NCBI GenBank assembly: GCA_010015805.1 | Contig: ML978123.1 | Location: 1,488,001-1,552,000, forward strand | Length of the DNA stretch: 64,000 bases | Origin: Rhizodiscina lignyota | Lineage: Eukaryota | Direction: 5' to 3' | Shown: in pieces, positions 37,550-50,838 of the stretch | How the letters are laid out: each line of letters begins with the position of its first letter | Numbering within the stretch: the first letter of the stretch is position 1 | Made by a program: the position numbers and the translations under genes | The notes under the pieces: model-generated | Told to the model about the DNA's origin: nothing | The model's database searches: none | What the model saw: only the letters and a program-made list of their open reading frames with translations

Positions 37550-39777
37550 ATGGCAAATACGCGATACCTGCATAGGGTCAAGGCATGCATAGAATGCCGG
37601 CAACAGAAGGTAGGTTTCCTCTATACTATCAAGACGTACGACTAGAGCTCGTCCAGTTGAGGTGTGATGCGCACCTAAATCCTTCTCAAGCATGTTCTCG
37701 GTGTCAGCGTTTAAAGATACGCTGCATAATCTCCGACAAGTTTCAAAGGAGCAAGCGCCAAAGGCAAGTATCGCTAATAATTCCTGCAAGCTTGAGCTAA
37801 TGACTGAACAGCAAGGCTGAGATGCAACGGCAAATTGACGAACTGAGAGCGAGTGTGGAAGCAAGAGCATTTCATGGGACCCCGACAAATGAGGACCCCA
37901 GTCCCACCATTTGCACGCAAGGAGAATCGCCACAACCTTCAGATTTCATAGCGAATGAGAATATTCCTCAAGGCCCTCGGATACCGATACAGGGACAGGG
38001 CGAGGACGCACAGCCTCGGCCGTACGATCAACAATTTCCATGCCGCAGACGCTCGCTTGGTGGCGTCGAAATCGAGCCCCAGAAGATTGCGGATTGCTGT
38101 GCCTTGTAAGTGTTTGTAGAGTGTGCCTGACATCCTGCCGGTGAGCTGACTTACTTTTCTCTGGAAAGATTTTTTAAACACTATCATCCTTCGGTTCCGA
38201 TCATTGACCCTGGGTATGATCCTGATCAGTATTATTCTTATTCTCCTCTCGTCTTCTGGGTCATAGTTGCCATAGGATCACGGCGATATGAGTCCGATCC
38301 GACGATTTTAGATCGATTATCGTCTCCGGTGATCTCGCTTGCACTTCAGATGACTGCGTTCACCTCCCAATATATTCCAATAATACAAGGACTGGTCTTG
38401 TTATGCCACTGGCCGTTTCCAATAGACACTATTTATCACGACAAATCCCCTGTCCTTGCGGGAGCGGCTATGCAGCTCGCTATTCAGAACGGCCTTCACA
38501 TGTTCAGCAAGCGGCAAGACTTTACAAGAAACTCCCTTCGACCTGATCAGAACGAAGAGCTCTTTCGCGCGAAATTGTGGACATACTGCAAATTTATCTG
38601 CCAAAGGTATGGGGAATTGTAAGGCAACAGGGAGATCTTGTGCTGACCCACCTTAGCACCAGCTGTTTCAGTGGTCTTCCTCCCTTTCTTACCCCAGATG
38701 CATTTGATCGAGAGCATCAGCACCTTCGAATCATCGAGTCGCTTCCGCCGCAAGTGTATTGGAGCCAAAGGCTCCACAAGTCACTGACCAACGCCATCGT
38801 CACATTGATGGCATGTACTACAGCTGCTGAAGATGATCTTGACTACCATCAAATGCGAGCGTTCATCGACCTTTTCGACCACGAGATCCAAGACACAGGG
38901 GATCGCGCAAAAGAATATCTTCGTATGGAAAGAATATCCGATATGTGGTCATTACTAACTGTTGTGCAGAGGCGTGGTATGTAGCCATCGCGCGGCTTTA
39001 CGTCCGGGTCTTCGAATTCTACAGCCAAGTTGACGAGAAAACACCGGAAAGGCTGATCCAACTCGACTCAGTTGCCCGATCTGTGGTAGAGCTTATATCT
39101 GCCGCCGATAAACGTGACGACTTTGTTTTGTACAGTTCCCACATCGTCTATCGATCGCTGTCACTCGCAGGCAGCACACTGTTAAGGCTAGCAAGATGCG
39201 AGTTGAATCTTCCGATTGATCTTACAAGCCTCGAGGTGCTTTATTTTGAATGCATGCGCCTCTTGAAAAAAAGATCACTTCAGAACGATGATCTAGATGC
39301 TCGAGGGGCATCACTCTTGACGCAACTTTGGCGCAGCCAGCGAGTATTCCGTCAGCAGGATGGTACTATCAATAGCTTACGGGTACGCTTGCGAAATCGT
39401 GGGGTAAGTATACGAAGTTCTAATTACTCCTTTCAAGGATAAAAGCTGAATCACACTTCCAGCCAATGTCCGTAAACTACGATTGTTACTGGTATTGGGT
39501 ACGTTGCCTATTTCCCTGCGATGTAGGCCGTATTTTACTCACCGACAAATAGGTAGTGGAATTTCGGGGCCAGTCCGATCCTTATTCGACCAACAAAGGG
39601 CAGGCACCAGCACAAGAAGCTTCTGGTGAGCATGAGGATACACCGCTGGCGCAAGGTTCTGCCTTGGACTTTGACTTGTCAGGTAATTTGGATCAACTGC
39701 TACTTCCTCCATTTTCGCAAATGGACGGATGGATTCCTCCTTGGGAGTGGTCTGCAGAATTTGGGATTCCACCGTGA
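37550..39777 (+). CDS. Zn(II)2Cys6 fungal transcription factor
   Basis: Spliced cluster KACIECRQQK|LRCD..PSQACSRCQRLKIRC, a coiled coil, and a middle-homology region (FFKHYHP..PIID, IIQGLVLLCHWPFP, AMQLAIQNGLH). About seven introns, one of them GC-AG (37764-37811). Confidence 0.9.
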
Positions 39778-39861
39778 ATACTTTAGCTAGTTAACTCCCA
39801 ATATGGAATATCCCGACCTTTGAGATCGGAGATTTCAATACGTACTCTGCGGTTACGTTGG

Positions 39862-39915
39862 CGCCGACTTTTCGGCGGCCATGAGGGTGTCTACCGTTTC
39901 GCCGAGATATCGGCG
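39862..39915. promoter_or_regulatory. Two palindromic CGCCGA-N4-TCGGCG sites upstream of the dioxygenase
   Basis: CGCCGACTTTTCGGCG at 39862-39877 and CGCCGAGATATCGGCG at 39900-39915. Confidence 0.6.
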
Positions 39916-40223
39916 ACCGTAAGCAAAGTACTGACATGAAAACGATATCCAGCGATGTGGAGGTGGCGCGTACCATCTCTGTGCCTTCCGACACGCGGGA
40001 AGTAAAAGTCTACCTAGGTATCTTCTGATCGGCGGTGCCGAACAAGGTGATAATGCCGACTTCGAGGACGCCTTCTCTATATCATTACTTCATGTGAGCA
40101 GTGGAAGTATATTCAACCGTTACCATCTTGTTGCATTTATGAGTAAGATTTGTATCACTATTGTCCTTTATTTCTTACTTCTTGCAAGCCTATTTTAATT
40201 AACGTCAACCATACCTTTTCATC

Positions 40224-41525
40224 ATGCCGGCAGCAAAGGCACTTGCCGAAGTCGACCATTTCGAGCCCGTGAAGCCATCAAAGGAGCCAATTGATTTTGT
40301 CAAATTACGCACTCTTGACTTCTCCAAATATAACGATGGGCCAGAAGCACGTAAAGAACTGGCCAGCATTGTCCGCGATGCTATGACAACCAAGGGCTTC
40401 TTCACACTTATAAACCACGGGATCTCTGAGGAAGAAATCACACGGCAGGTTGACATTGGCCACACCATCCTCAAGCGCACACCTCCGGAGGAGAAGCTCC
40501 GGCTAAAAGCTCAGATCCTCGAGAAGGGCTCATATCCGGGCTTCAAGCTTCGCGGTCTCTGGAATGTCGGGAGCGACGCAAAGGACCGCATCGAGAACTT
40601 CAACGTCTACCGCGTCATGTCGCAGAATGAACAGCCGCGGGCCTTGGAGCCATATAGGCACGAGATCCAGGATTTCATCGACTTCATCCACAAGGACATA
40701 TTGAAGAAGCTGCTCACGCTGTTCGCGCTGGCACTGGAGCTCGCCGACGAGGACTATTTCGTCAACGCGCACAGCTACGAGGGACACGACGAGTCATGGC
40801 TTCGATACATGGAGTACGAAGCGCACCACGACGACCGAGACTCCGGCGGCAAGACGCTCTGGCTCAACGGACACAAGGACTTCCCGGCGCTGTCGCTGCT
40901 CTTCAGCCAGCCGATGACCACGCTGCAGGTGCGCGACGAGCACGACGAGGATTCTTGGAAGTATGTTGCGCACACGCCCGGCGCGATTATCGTGAACGCG
41001 GGCGAGATCATGTCCTGGTGGACCGGAGACTACTTCAAAGCGGCCATCCACAGGGTCGTGGAGCCGCCACGCGACCAGATGGGCCATGACCGGAGCAGCG
41101 TCTTCTACTTCACCGTCCCGAACGACGACGTTGTGATAAACACGCTGCTGGATCAAAGCCCAGTGCTTCGCGAGGCCGGAGTAGCGATGGCATATGCACC
41201 GGAGGACGCGCCGACTAGCAAACAGTGGTGCAATGCAAGAGTAAAGGTCAGTTTACTCCATTGATCCCGCAGAGCTCGAGGAAAATTTTGTGCATTCAAC
41301 TCGTTCTGGAGGTCCTCGGTTCTAGCAGATGTGGAGCTCTGTGGTCCAGCTTAGCCTTGCGCTAAGGGAAGGAAGCCCACAGCAAGGGCATGTCCTATTT
41401 CGAACTCTGCTAACGCCTCTCGTGTGACATAGTTGACGGGCCAGAGCAAACAGGCAGCCAATGGAAAGACTGGTACTGTTGTTGAAAAGGTGATTGGAAA
41501 TGTCACGACGGCCTGGTTCAAGTGA
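40224..41525 (+). CDS. 2-oxoglutarate/Fe(II)-dependent dioxygenase (IPNS/DIOX_N-like)
   Basis: LDFSKY, GFFTLINHGI, facial triad HKD...H (WLNGHKD; AAIHRVV) and R-S. Intron 41247-41432 (GTCAGT...GCTAAC...TAG) leads to a last exon ending VEKVIGNVTTAWFK*. Confidence 0.9.
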
Positions 41526-43226
41526 ATACCTCGGCCTGGCATCTGGAAGCTGGCAAAGACATAGATGCTGCGTCTTGGGACGACCGAGGGTCAGCATTTC
41601 TGGTGCGATTGTGCTTGTTGTCTCTCGGCATGCTTTTGCAGAAGGTGTGCTTTTGATCACCTTATGTACTTGCCCTGAACCAATACTGCCGATGGCGGTC
41701 CCAACAAATTCGTATAATGGTGATGGGAATTTCATGTCCTGCATGGCTCGCATATGAACCGGGTGTACGGTACATTGAGACCACATTGCCGCTGCCAGGC
41801 TGGCAGCACGACAACCCCCCGCTGACTGCAGCCTACATGAAGCATTTCTGCTAAAAGGACTGTGCAAGGGGACGGTTAAGTGCTTTAGAGGCCAATGGCC
41901 ATTCGCCGTATCCGCTCGTGTGCCGAGTTTGTGCACGAGTGGCCCAGCATCCCACTTTTATATTGTGACTGGGCAAAAAGCAATTCACCCAAGACTTGAC
42001 CAGCACGCAGAACTGGTGTCGAGTATTCGGTCCACAACGGCTTTGTCACACTTTCAAGGACAGAGGTCGCTAGCCGGAGTCACTGGCAGAGGCACGCGAC
42101 CCTGGCACCAGGCGGCGCAAGCCACCGCGCAAATGATGCAGGCAAAAAAGAGACTTGTCAACAGCGAATCCCCAAGGATCGGATCCTTCGATTGGCCTCG
42201 GCCAGGGGTATTCCGCAAGGCACACTGACTCTGAAGAGAAGAGGCACGGGATTCACCGCAAAGGAGCCCTTCACAGCCTTATTCAGAGCAACTCTCCGCG
42301 AGCGTTGATTGGATGATTTCTTTCATGCACACCCATCTTTTTATGGCCGTATACATCAGAAAATGCAAAAAATGGTATGTACCTCATACTGTTCGTTCCA
42401 GCGTGGGCCATTGGAAGACTTTCCCAGATCCCGTGTCCCAGCGCCAATTCCTAGTTCCAATTTTCATGCAAAAATGCGCGGCCGTACCATTCCCGTGGTA
42501 AATACACCGCTGTCCAAAAGGACCCTACCGCAAGATGCTTTTCCCTCCCGTACCTGCGCGTTCTATCCCTTTGGAGCAAGGCAGAAGAAGTAAAGAAAAT
42601 AGACATGACAAGTACGCTCTATTTTAGAGCCTCCCATGACAAATGCAGCGCATATTCCGTTATCACCCATCATTCCCGCCGTACTCTCCAGGGGCGGACT
42701 TGGGGTACCTTTTGAGGCGGTGGCGCACAACGGCTCGGGCCATCCGGTGAACTCGTATCTTGTTGATTGCAATGATCGCCCATGCTCCTCCCTTCCTAGC
42801 TCGGTATATGTACAACATTTTGACTCAGTGATCTCCAGGAACATATCCTGCCACTGGAAGGTGGGCTTGCGAGAGCCAAGGGTCCCGCGTCCCGTACCGC
42901 GGGCAGACGTACGGGAGCCTGCCACCGCCCACCGGCCACTGCGTCGCGTGAGAAGTTTCAAGGTTAGGCGTCTTTTCTCCGACTTGTCGGGGCCAAACGG
43001 CCAGCCATGGCAGAGCCGTTGAAGCGCACGTCCAGTTTGATGCGCTGAGCGATAGACCAGGGCCCAGTAAACATCGTGCGCACGTCGCGTGGCATTCCCA
43101 ACTCTTTTCCTAGCTTTTTTGCGCCTTCCAAGCCCTCGTAATGCCCCTTCGCTTCAGCGGCCATTCGAAGCGAGAGTGCGGTAATTCTAGTGGTGCAGAA
43201 AGAATTACCGCGTGGTCTAATCTCGC

Positions 43227-44025
43227 TCATAGGATCACGCAGCGCGGTGATTTGTTCTTCGAACGATGACCTGAGTTCCGATGTCTGTTGTCGTAGTAGT
43301 CGTGGTCCCTGTGGTTGTTTGACCGCGAGTTGTGATGCTTCTCGGAATATCGTGTGCCACCCCGATCTGATCGCCCAGAGTAGCTCTGCTTTTGGCGCCT
43401 CAGTTGTCGCACAACATCGTAGAATGCCTTCTCCACGTTGATACAATTCTTTGCGGATGCCTCGACGAATTCGCATCCGAGCTCTTTGGCCAACGCGTGA
43501 CCTTCTTGAGTTGAGACTTCTCTCTCCGTGACTCTGTCACATTTGTTGCCAACGAGCATGACCGGCGCTGGCCCCCACATCCCTGACGATAGAGAAGAAG
43601 CACTGAGTGGCGACCCTGGGTAAGTTGGCGAACCTGACTGAGAAGACTCCTTGACGCGCTGGATCTGGTTGTGGAACTTTTGTATGCGTGCGAAAGACGA
43701 CCGCGATGATATGCTGTAGACGAGCACAAATCCTTCGCCGTCTCGTATCCACTGGTCCCTTAGTGCAGTATACTCCTCCTGACCGGCAGTATCAAGAACT
43801 TCAAGCATGCAAGATTGTCCGTCTATTTGCACTTGTTTACGATAGGAATCCTCGATCGTTGGATCGTAAGTCTCGACGAAGTGGTTCAAACAGAGCTGGT
43901 GGCTGTCAATGTCGAGCACTAAATTCTCAAGGGTAAAATTTTCATACCTGGATCGTAAGAGCTGTTTTGCCAACGCCGCCATCTCCCAGCACCACTAGCT
44001 TGTACAATGTCATTTTTCCCGCCAT
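43227..44025 (-). CDS. RAS2: Ras2-type small GTPase
   Basis: MAGKMTLYKLVVLGDGGVGKTALTIQ|LCLNHFVETYDPTIEDSY, DTAGQEEY, NKCD, EASAK and CaaX box CVIL. Intron 43896-43947. Confidence 0.95.
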
Positions 44026-47000
44026 GTTTGCGGTTCTGGAGTGCCTGTCCTATCGGTGTATTGATTGTATGCCAAAGCGCCTTCCAAGGCGTACCAAAGA
44101 TTTTGCGTGGTTCGTATCGCGATCCGTGTGCAGAAGCAATCTTCTGAAACAATACCGTTTCCCAGCAAACGTCGAAGATTTCTCAAAGATATAGCCGTAT
44201 CAGGTAAACGCGGCTGAAAAAAGATTGATTGCTATAGCCTCGTGTCCACGAAAATAACAACTGACCGGAGGTATAGTAGGAGTCGTGTCGCAATGAATGC
44301 GTCGGCAGTTGAAACTGATGGTACGACGTGACAGCCGGTTTGCACAACGAAACAGCAAATGTTTCTATGCACGGAACCTAGCAGTGCCGGGCAGTCGAAG
44401 GGAGGAAAAGCGTGCTAAAGGCCGGGAGCGTGTACAGAGGCCGGTATTCCTGGACTCGGGGAGGTGAAAGTAGCACGAGACGGGCGTGATGCGGATGTTG
44501 TGGCCCCAGAAAGTAGGCAATCGACTCGAATCGCGCTGCGAGGAGCGAGCTGGGCCGAGGCAGGGACGGTCCGGACTCTAAGCTGCAGCAAGATGCAGAG
44601 ATCAAGAAATGAAAAGTGCTGCCCACTTGCTGAGGGAGCAAGACCGTGGATTTCCGAAGGCAGATGCACAGATCGGCGGTGCAAGGCCGTTTGTGTGGTT
44701 GGAGGTGCGGCGTGCGGGCGGCGGGCGTCGAGGAGCTTGTTATAGCAGAGATATAGCAGAGCAGCGGCTGATCAGCGACACGTGCGTGCGAGCAGAGCGT
44801 CACCGTCGCCGATATGTGATGTCGAGTGCGAGCTGGACGTGGGGTGCGAGGTGGTTAGTTGCGGTGGGCATGCGAGACGAGCTGGCGTGCAGTGCAGAGC
44901 AGAGCAGCTAGTAACTCCGCCAGCGCGAGCAATTGGGCGGGCGGGCGAATATAAGCGGTGGCAGAAGCAACGACGGACAAGGCAAGGGCAGTGAGCGAGG
45001 CAGCGAGCAACAATGGCGGACGGAGCAGGTACAGTGAAATTTGTTTCGGCGGAGCTGTGGGGGGAGAGAGGCATGGACGGAGGGCACTGGCGCAGACGAG
45101 ACGACAGCCGAAAAGCTCGTCGACGACCCATTTCCCAGCTGCTGTGCCCGGCACCCTCCACCTGTCCACCCTCCCTAGCGGCGCCGCCTCGCGCAGAACA
45201 ATAGCATCCCTCCCCGCCGTCCATTGGCCAGACGCATGTCTTTTTCTCGGGACCCTGGCTCTCCTAATGCGCAGCCCAAAGTGGTGGCTGGAGCGTTGGT
45301 GAGTGGTGCGCTCTGTGCAGATGGCAGCACTGCTGTCCATGCGTGAAATATCGACGACACGCACTGCTCCGCTGTTCTCTCCGCCGCCCTTTCCACGAAT
45401 GGCACGCGCCGCCGCACGAATGGCTGAAATCTTTCAGTGGCCCTTTCGCTGTGCTGTTGCTGTAATTGCTCTCCACAAATCCGCCGCGCTGGATTATGGA
45501 TATAGCCACGCGAGCGCCCAAGCCGCTCTGTCGAGCTAGGCGTCACGCCTCCCACTTGCTTTTTGGCCAGCTAACCTCTTCCTTTATCTTCTGCGGACGT
45601 GCTGTCGTCGGTCGAGAGAGCCGCTAGGTACCTACTCGCGTTCGCACTTCGGCCTCTCGGACTGGCCCCATTCACTCCCGCCATTAGTACCTAGGGGACT
45701 GTGTCAAATCAGGTCCAGTAGCCGAAACGCGACTTAGCTGCAGCATCGAAGCCGCTAACTCTGCCTACGGACAGTTATGGCAGTGGTACACGAAGGCCTA
45801 TCTACTGTGTAGGATACTAATGCTGGACGTGCGTTTGCTATACGCCCGCGATTACGACACTCGTCGTGCTCGTCTGAGAGTCGAGTGCACTCGCGTGAGT
45901 GCTGACTGTCCCTCTGCCTTGCTCACATGCTTTTGTGGCTCCCCATCGACAAGATCGCCCGCCGACCTGTGCTCCGCTTTTGAAACGCAGTCCCGACAAT
46001 CTGGTCCTCTTGCTTGATGGGTTTAGCAGAAGCGCAGCCGAGAGACTCATCACAGCCGTTGCCGCAGCTGGGACCTATGAAGCGAGCGGGAGAAAGTTGT
46101 CTTTCCTGCAACAAACGGCACGGAACGACGGACGGTTGATATGATGTTTCTGCCCCGAGCTTCATCCACCGTACCCTTTCGTTCATTCGACGGTTAGGGT
46201 CCACGGCGGTACGTAGGTACCAATGTCGCCGTTCCCCGTCAATGCAGATCTGCTGGCTCTGGCAGGCAGGCATCGCATGTCGCCTGGTTGTTCGCACGTC
46301 TGCCCTTGAACATTCAAGTGCACACACAGTTGACGCACGACGCTTGTACCGTTCGTGATAGCATCCGCGGCTGACGCTTTCCGTCTAGCTTCCCGAGGCG
46401 TATGCCAACGTCTCGATCCCCCGGCTGTGGAATCGTAGGATCTGGAGGATGTAAGGCTGCAGCGGCAACGCCTTCATTCACAGCAGCAACTATTGCTGAG
46501 AAGGCAGGGAGTCGCACATGTCGGTACCATTTCAACCCTGGTCGCAGAACATGTTTGGGATTGCAGCAGTAGCGTGGTTCATGCAGATTTTGGTCCCAGA
46601 GACTGACACGCCCCCGGATCTGCACTAGTGTCCATCAGAGCTCACTTTTCCGCAAGCTGCATGAAGCAGATGCACCTTTCTACACGCGCAATGATTGCAC
46701 AGACAGAAAGCCTCCTCCTAAATCCACTCGGCCCGCTGCCCGCATCTCTCCGTGCATGGGGTCTGATTTGCTGGAAATTCCAAGGGTCCGTTCGGAAGTT
46801 ATTCCTGGAGACTGCGCTCGCAGAGCAAATGAGAGCCTTTCAGACCCAAAATCCTGAATTCCGCCGATGCAACGACGCCGATTCGGCCTTTCCCGATGTT
46901 GGATGAGCTCAGCTTAGCTTCCTCCTCTTCAATTGTTGAGCAACGACTGGGGCGTGCTTGCCGATTTCTCGCATAAAGCTCGATGAAGTTGACTCACTAT

Positions 47001-48457
47001 ACATCAGCCAACAACTGGCAAACCTGGTCCATGTACGGTATCGTAGCGCTCACAGCGTCTACAGCATCCGGTGCAGACGCGACTCGCGAGCAACGTAACG
47101 CCTGATACGACGTGCTTGACATGCTTGCTCCTTCCTATTGCATGCTGCTACATTAGATGCTCGATTCACAGGCATGACTAAATACCTACCTCTTCCTTCC
47201 TTGACGCCATACGACCCTGATAAGCGGGTGGCAGACGGAGCAGAGCTCCAAAGCCACGGCAAAAAGTCAGACTTTCCCGGGGTTCCTTGCTGCATTGACG
47301 ATCAAAGCTCCTAGACTCGCCAACGATTCTACCGCGTCAGAACCTTCGGGAACGGAGCCAGCAGCCGTCCAACGTGGACCAAACACCAGTCCAGGGACCC
47401 GTTCGTGGAGGGCATCCTTCGCTAAACACGTGATGATTGAGGGGTCAAATTGCCATTGCAACGCCTCTTCTTGCCGGCCATAAGACACGGCTATAGATAT
47501 TCCCATGGTAAGACGAAGATCTGGCAGATCTGGGATCTCCAGGATCACCACCGCGCAACTGTCGTTCCGCCCCGGGTGGTCCGCTGCCGGACCTGCAACA
47601 ACATTGCAGCGCTGCTCGAAGACGCTGGACACCTTCCTAGAATTTCTTTGAATCCGCGACACACTCGTGTTTGGTTGGAGAATGCTCAAGTCGAGCTTCA
47701 TTAAGCGGCCAATTGCACTGCTGCCTCGGATCACGCTTCTCACTCACATCCGACAGGGGCATTGCCTGTGCCTGTTGAACAACCACGCCCGACGGTATTT
47801 CTCAAGCCGGCAATGGGCTTCTTGCACTATGCTTCGCATGCGGGGAAGCTTGCTTGCTTCAGGTTGGTATCCTGTTGCAATTTCTTCGGACTGACGAAAT
47901 TTCGCATCTGACGTAGTGCGGTCATGGCAGGGGGGACGGGATCAGGGTAAATTGACGTCTGCAGGTTCTCCGGAGCTTTGACTTTGCGCAGCACGAAGCA
48001 CGACAGGCAGAATCATACCCTGATATTTTTGTTGGATATGTCCATTGCTGCCCAACGAGTCAACGACATGAACCCGTTTTCATCCGGACATTGTACCGGT
48101 GCCATTTCTGTGGTTCAAATAACTGAGGCACAGCCTGGAACGAACGCTCTTCGAAGGATCGACAGACACGTATCTCTTCGGGCTCTAGACTGCAAAAAAA
48201 AAGGACGCAGAGTCATGTTCGCGCTGCTGTTCCTGACGGAAAATCGCTCCCCCAGGTCCCTTCTGCATGCTCGAACTCCCAAGACTCGGTACGAGCAACG
48301 ACTACATATGCGTGTGCGCTTGCGGAACTTCCGAACCGATATCGCACGCCTGGTCCCGAATCACGCGAAATCTTCGAACATACGACGAATCGAGAATTAG
48401 CTGTGGCAGCCGAAATCTTTTCGTAAAGAGCAACGATCAAAATCCATCCTGCCAGCA

Positions 48458-50838
48458 CTACAGCTTTGCACGAGCTTCGGTGGCCTTGTGCAAATCCTTT
48501 CCCTTCTCCTCGAAGTACTGCTTCACCTTTTCCCGTGCAACGCCTACAACATCCGGATCCTCAATGGTGCTTGGCACGGCGACTTCTTTATCGAAGTCCC
48601 CATGGACCGCGTTCTCGACCAGTTCCCGCAGCACCCTCCGCAGCGTCTTCCCGCTACGGGTCTTTGGGATCATTCCTTTCCCGATGATCATTCCACCCAG
48701 ACTTGCTATGCCACCAATTTGAGAGCGTACTGCTGCTTGGACCTCTTTAAACAACGCATCGTCGGGAATTGCCGTGTGAGGATGGTCATGGCTGCCCAAA
48801 GTGGCGAAGGCGAACGGAAGATGCCCTTTGAGGGAGTCTGGGATACCGACAACACATGCTTCTGCGACCTCTGGATGTGACGTGATCGCCTGTTCAATCG
48901 AACCCTAATCATGTTCAGTTAGCAGTGACTAACATCCACGTGGGAGAGGCTGGAGTATACCGTGCTGAAACGGTGCCTGTCAAGCTTCAGTTAGCTATTT
49001 TAGAACGAGGGGCTCCGGGATTTTCTTACGCTGCCACGTTTATAACATCGTCGGAACGGCTCATGATACTAACGTAGCCGTCATCGTCGATGAAGCCGGC
49101 ATCCCCTGTATCCACCCACTTGCCCTTGAACCTCTTCAAGTAGCTCCTGTAGAACCGATCTTCATCATTCCACAACGTTGTAAACGCTGTGGGACCGAGA
49201 GGGATACCCATCACAATGTTGCCCGACTCACCCTGTTTAACCTCGTTTCCATCATCATCGACAATGCGCACATCGAAACCCGGTGCAGGTTTACCAGCAG
49301 AGCCTGGTTTGATGGGCAAAGGAGCGTGACCCCTGCCTTCCAAAGCCGGCCCCATCGCGACACTTGATATTGGGGAGCCAGACTCCGACGACCACCAATT
49401 GTCCACGACTTTTGCACCATCTGCGCCGTGCTTCTCCAGCAGATGTGCATACATCTTCACAATGCTGGGCTCGCTTCTTTCTCCGGCCAGAAATAGAGCT
49501 CTGAGGCTCTTCAATCCTCCTCTCTGGCCAATACGTTCGATAAAGCTGTTATCACCATCTGCTAACTTGATCGCTCGCAGGGCAGTAGGAGCGGTGAACA
49601 TGACATTGACCTTGTTTTCCTCCACGATTCTCCAGAAAGTACTTGCATCGGGTGTTCCGACAGGCTTTCCTTCGAACAAAATGGTGGTTGCCCCAACGAG
49701 CAACGGTGCATAAACTTGCAGAACATCAGCTTTTGGCGCACACATCGCATCAAAGGGACGCTCTTACCAATATAACTGTGTCCCACAACCCAGCCAATAT
49801 CAGACGCTGTGAACATCACATCACCGGGTCCACGAACTCCAAAGATATGCGGTATACTCAGGGACAGGCCAACAGCATGACCTGCAGCAGGTCGAAGTAC
49901 TCCTTTCGGCGTACCAGTCGTTCCAGACGTGTAGATGATGTACACTGGATCATCGCTCTTTACCGGCACAGCAGCGGCCTTCAATCCACGATTACGCGCG
50001 CTCTTCACCAGACGCTGCCAATTCCTCTCTCCATCCTCCTTCGTGACAGGGTCCCATCTCAGTTGGTCTCGCTGCCATATGAGCGTTTTGCCCGGCTGGA
50101 ATTTGCTCCTCTTTAATGCTTCATGAACGAGGGGCTTATACGACATTGCTCCCTTGGCACCCTCGATTCCGCAAGAGGCCGTCATGATGACACGAGGCTG
50201 GCACGAATCGATGCGTTGTGCGAGTGCTGGAGAGGAGAAACCTCCGAATACGACGGCGTGGCATGCACCGAGACGAACCGTAGCCAGCATTGCTATCAAT
50301 GCGGCTGGTATCATAGGCACTGCGCTACGTTAGCTTCTGCATATAGACTCTGCCATAAATTCTGAATAGTGATATCGCAATACCACCATATCACCAATCT
50401 TGTGAGAATCCATTCGGGCCACATACTGTAAATCAGCACCACATCCCCCTTCCTCACGCCCTCCTCCCTCAGAACTCCCGCCAATATCTCCACCTCCTCC
50501 AGCAGCTTCTTGTAGGAATACACCTCCTTCACGCTCTTCCAATCTCCATCCTTCCCTCGATTTCCCGCAACCGGGCTGTCCCATATTATAGCAGCCGTGT
50601 CGCCATTCCCTGCCGCCACATGTCTGTCCAAACAGTTGTATGCCGTCGATATCTCGCCGCCGGGAAACCACGTCCAGTGCGGGTGCTTCGTGCCGTCCTT
50701 GAGCGTCTTTGTGCCTATGTCGAGCGCACGGGTAGGCTTCTTGTGCCAGTGAAGCTTCGAGGCCTGTTCCGTCCAGAACGACTCGCGCGACGAGATTGAC
50801 GCCTCGTACACGGCGTCTTGGGGATGTTTGGGCGCCAT
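48458..50838 (-). CDS. Propionyl-CoA/acetyl-CoA synthetase (PrpE/ACSS3-like) with PTS1 (-AKL)
   Basis: WFPGGEISTAYNCLDRHV, HAVVFGGF, YTSGTTGTPKG, SDIGWVVGHSY, DNWWSSESG, DTGD, RSDDVINVAAHRFSTG, PKTRSGKTLRR. Four introns and a 16-nt microexon at 48961-48976. Confidence 0.92.

Noticed and set aside
41322..43022. 204-aa and other ORFs between the dioxygenase and RAS2
   Set aside because: No motifs. Part is antisense to the dioxygenase last exon, and the rest is probably UTR or intergenic.
47267..47743. 158-aa minus-strand ORF
   Set aside because: No recognisable domain, and the coding strand cannot be determined.
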